A stretch of DNA of 64,000 nucleotides, taken from Felis catus. Taxonomy: Eukaryota. Positions 63,904-64,000 of this stretch are shown piece after piece. Both the position numbers and the translations under genes were made by a program. The stretch covers positions 109,742,001-109,806,000 of the forward strand of contig NC_058373.1 of NCBI RefSeq assembly GCF_018350175.1, given 5' to 3'. Below the pieces are notes generated by a model. The model had not been told where the DNA came from. It worked only from the letters and a program-made list of their open reading frames with translations, and ran no database searches. Each line of letters starts with the position of its first letter. The first letter of the stretch is position 1.

Positions 63904-64000
63904 GGGGCGCCTGGGTGGCGCAGTCGTTAAGCGTCCGACTTCAGCCAGGTCACGATCTCGCGGTCTGGGAGTTCTAGCCCCGCGTCAGGCTCTGGGCTGA
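63904..64000 (+). mobile_element. Young Can-SINE, cut by the window edge
   Basis: GGGGCGCCTGGGTGGCGCAGTCG...CAGCCAGGTCACGATCTCGCGG. Confidence 0.92.

Overview
Mammalian genomic DNA from a felid (cat family), judged from dozens of felid-type Can-SINEs. Two protein-coding genes lie on the minus strand. The first is the 5' end of PPP2R5E (PP2A B56-epsilon): CpG-island promoter and non-coding exon 1 at about 5484-6070, first coding exon at 3081-3244, with the rest of the gene running off the left edge. The second is the single coding exon of WDR89 (36467-37630, 387 aa), whose 5' UTR exons and promoter lie further right, probably partly outside the window. The presumed WDR89 intron holds a 5'-truncated RPL32 processed pseudogene (about 43215-43671, +), a young truncated L1, and a decayed class I endogenous retrovirus (LTR-PBS-gag-pro-RT, about 57736-61815, -). 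The remainder is roughly 50 Can-SINEs (only a subset listed), old L1/L2/MIR/MaLR fragments and microsatellites. Almost all short ORFs in the supplied track are repeat-derived or GC-rich artefacts. I see no evidence for a new multi-gene system. The best leads are the uORF-rich PPP2R5E leader (including an ATG-TGA start-stop), the sense-oriented ERV LTR with splice donors upstream of the WDR89 coding exon, nested retrotransposon stacks that reuse target sites, and an unexplained 29-bp direct repeat. Repeat boundaries and subfamily calls were made by eye and are approximate.
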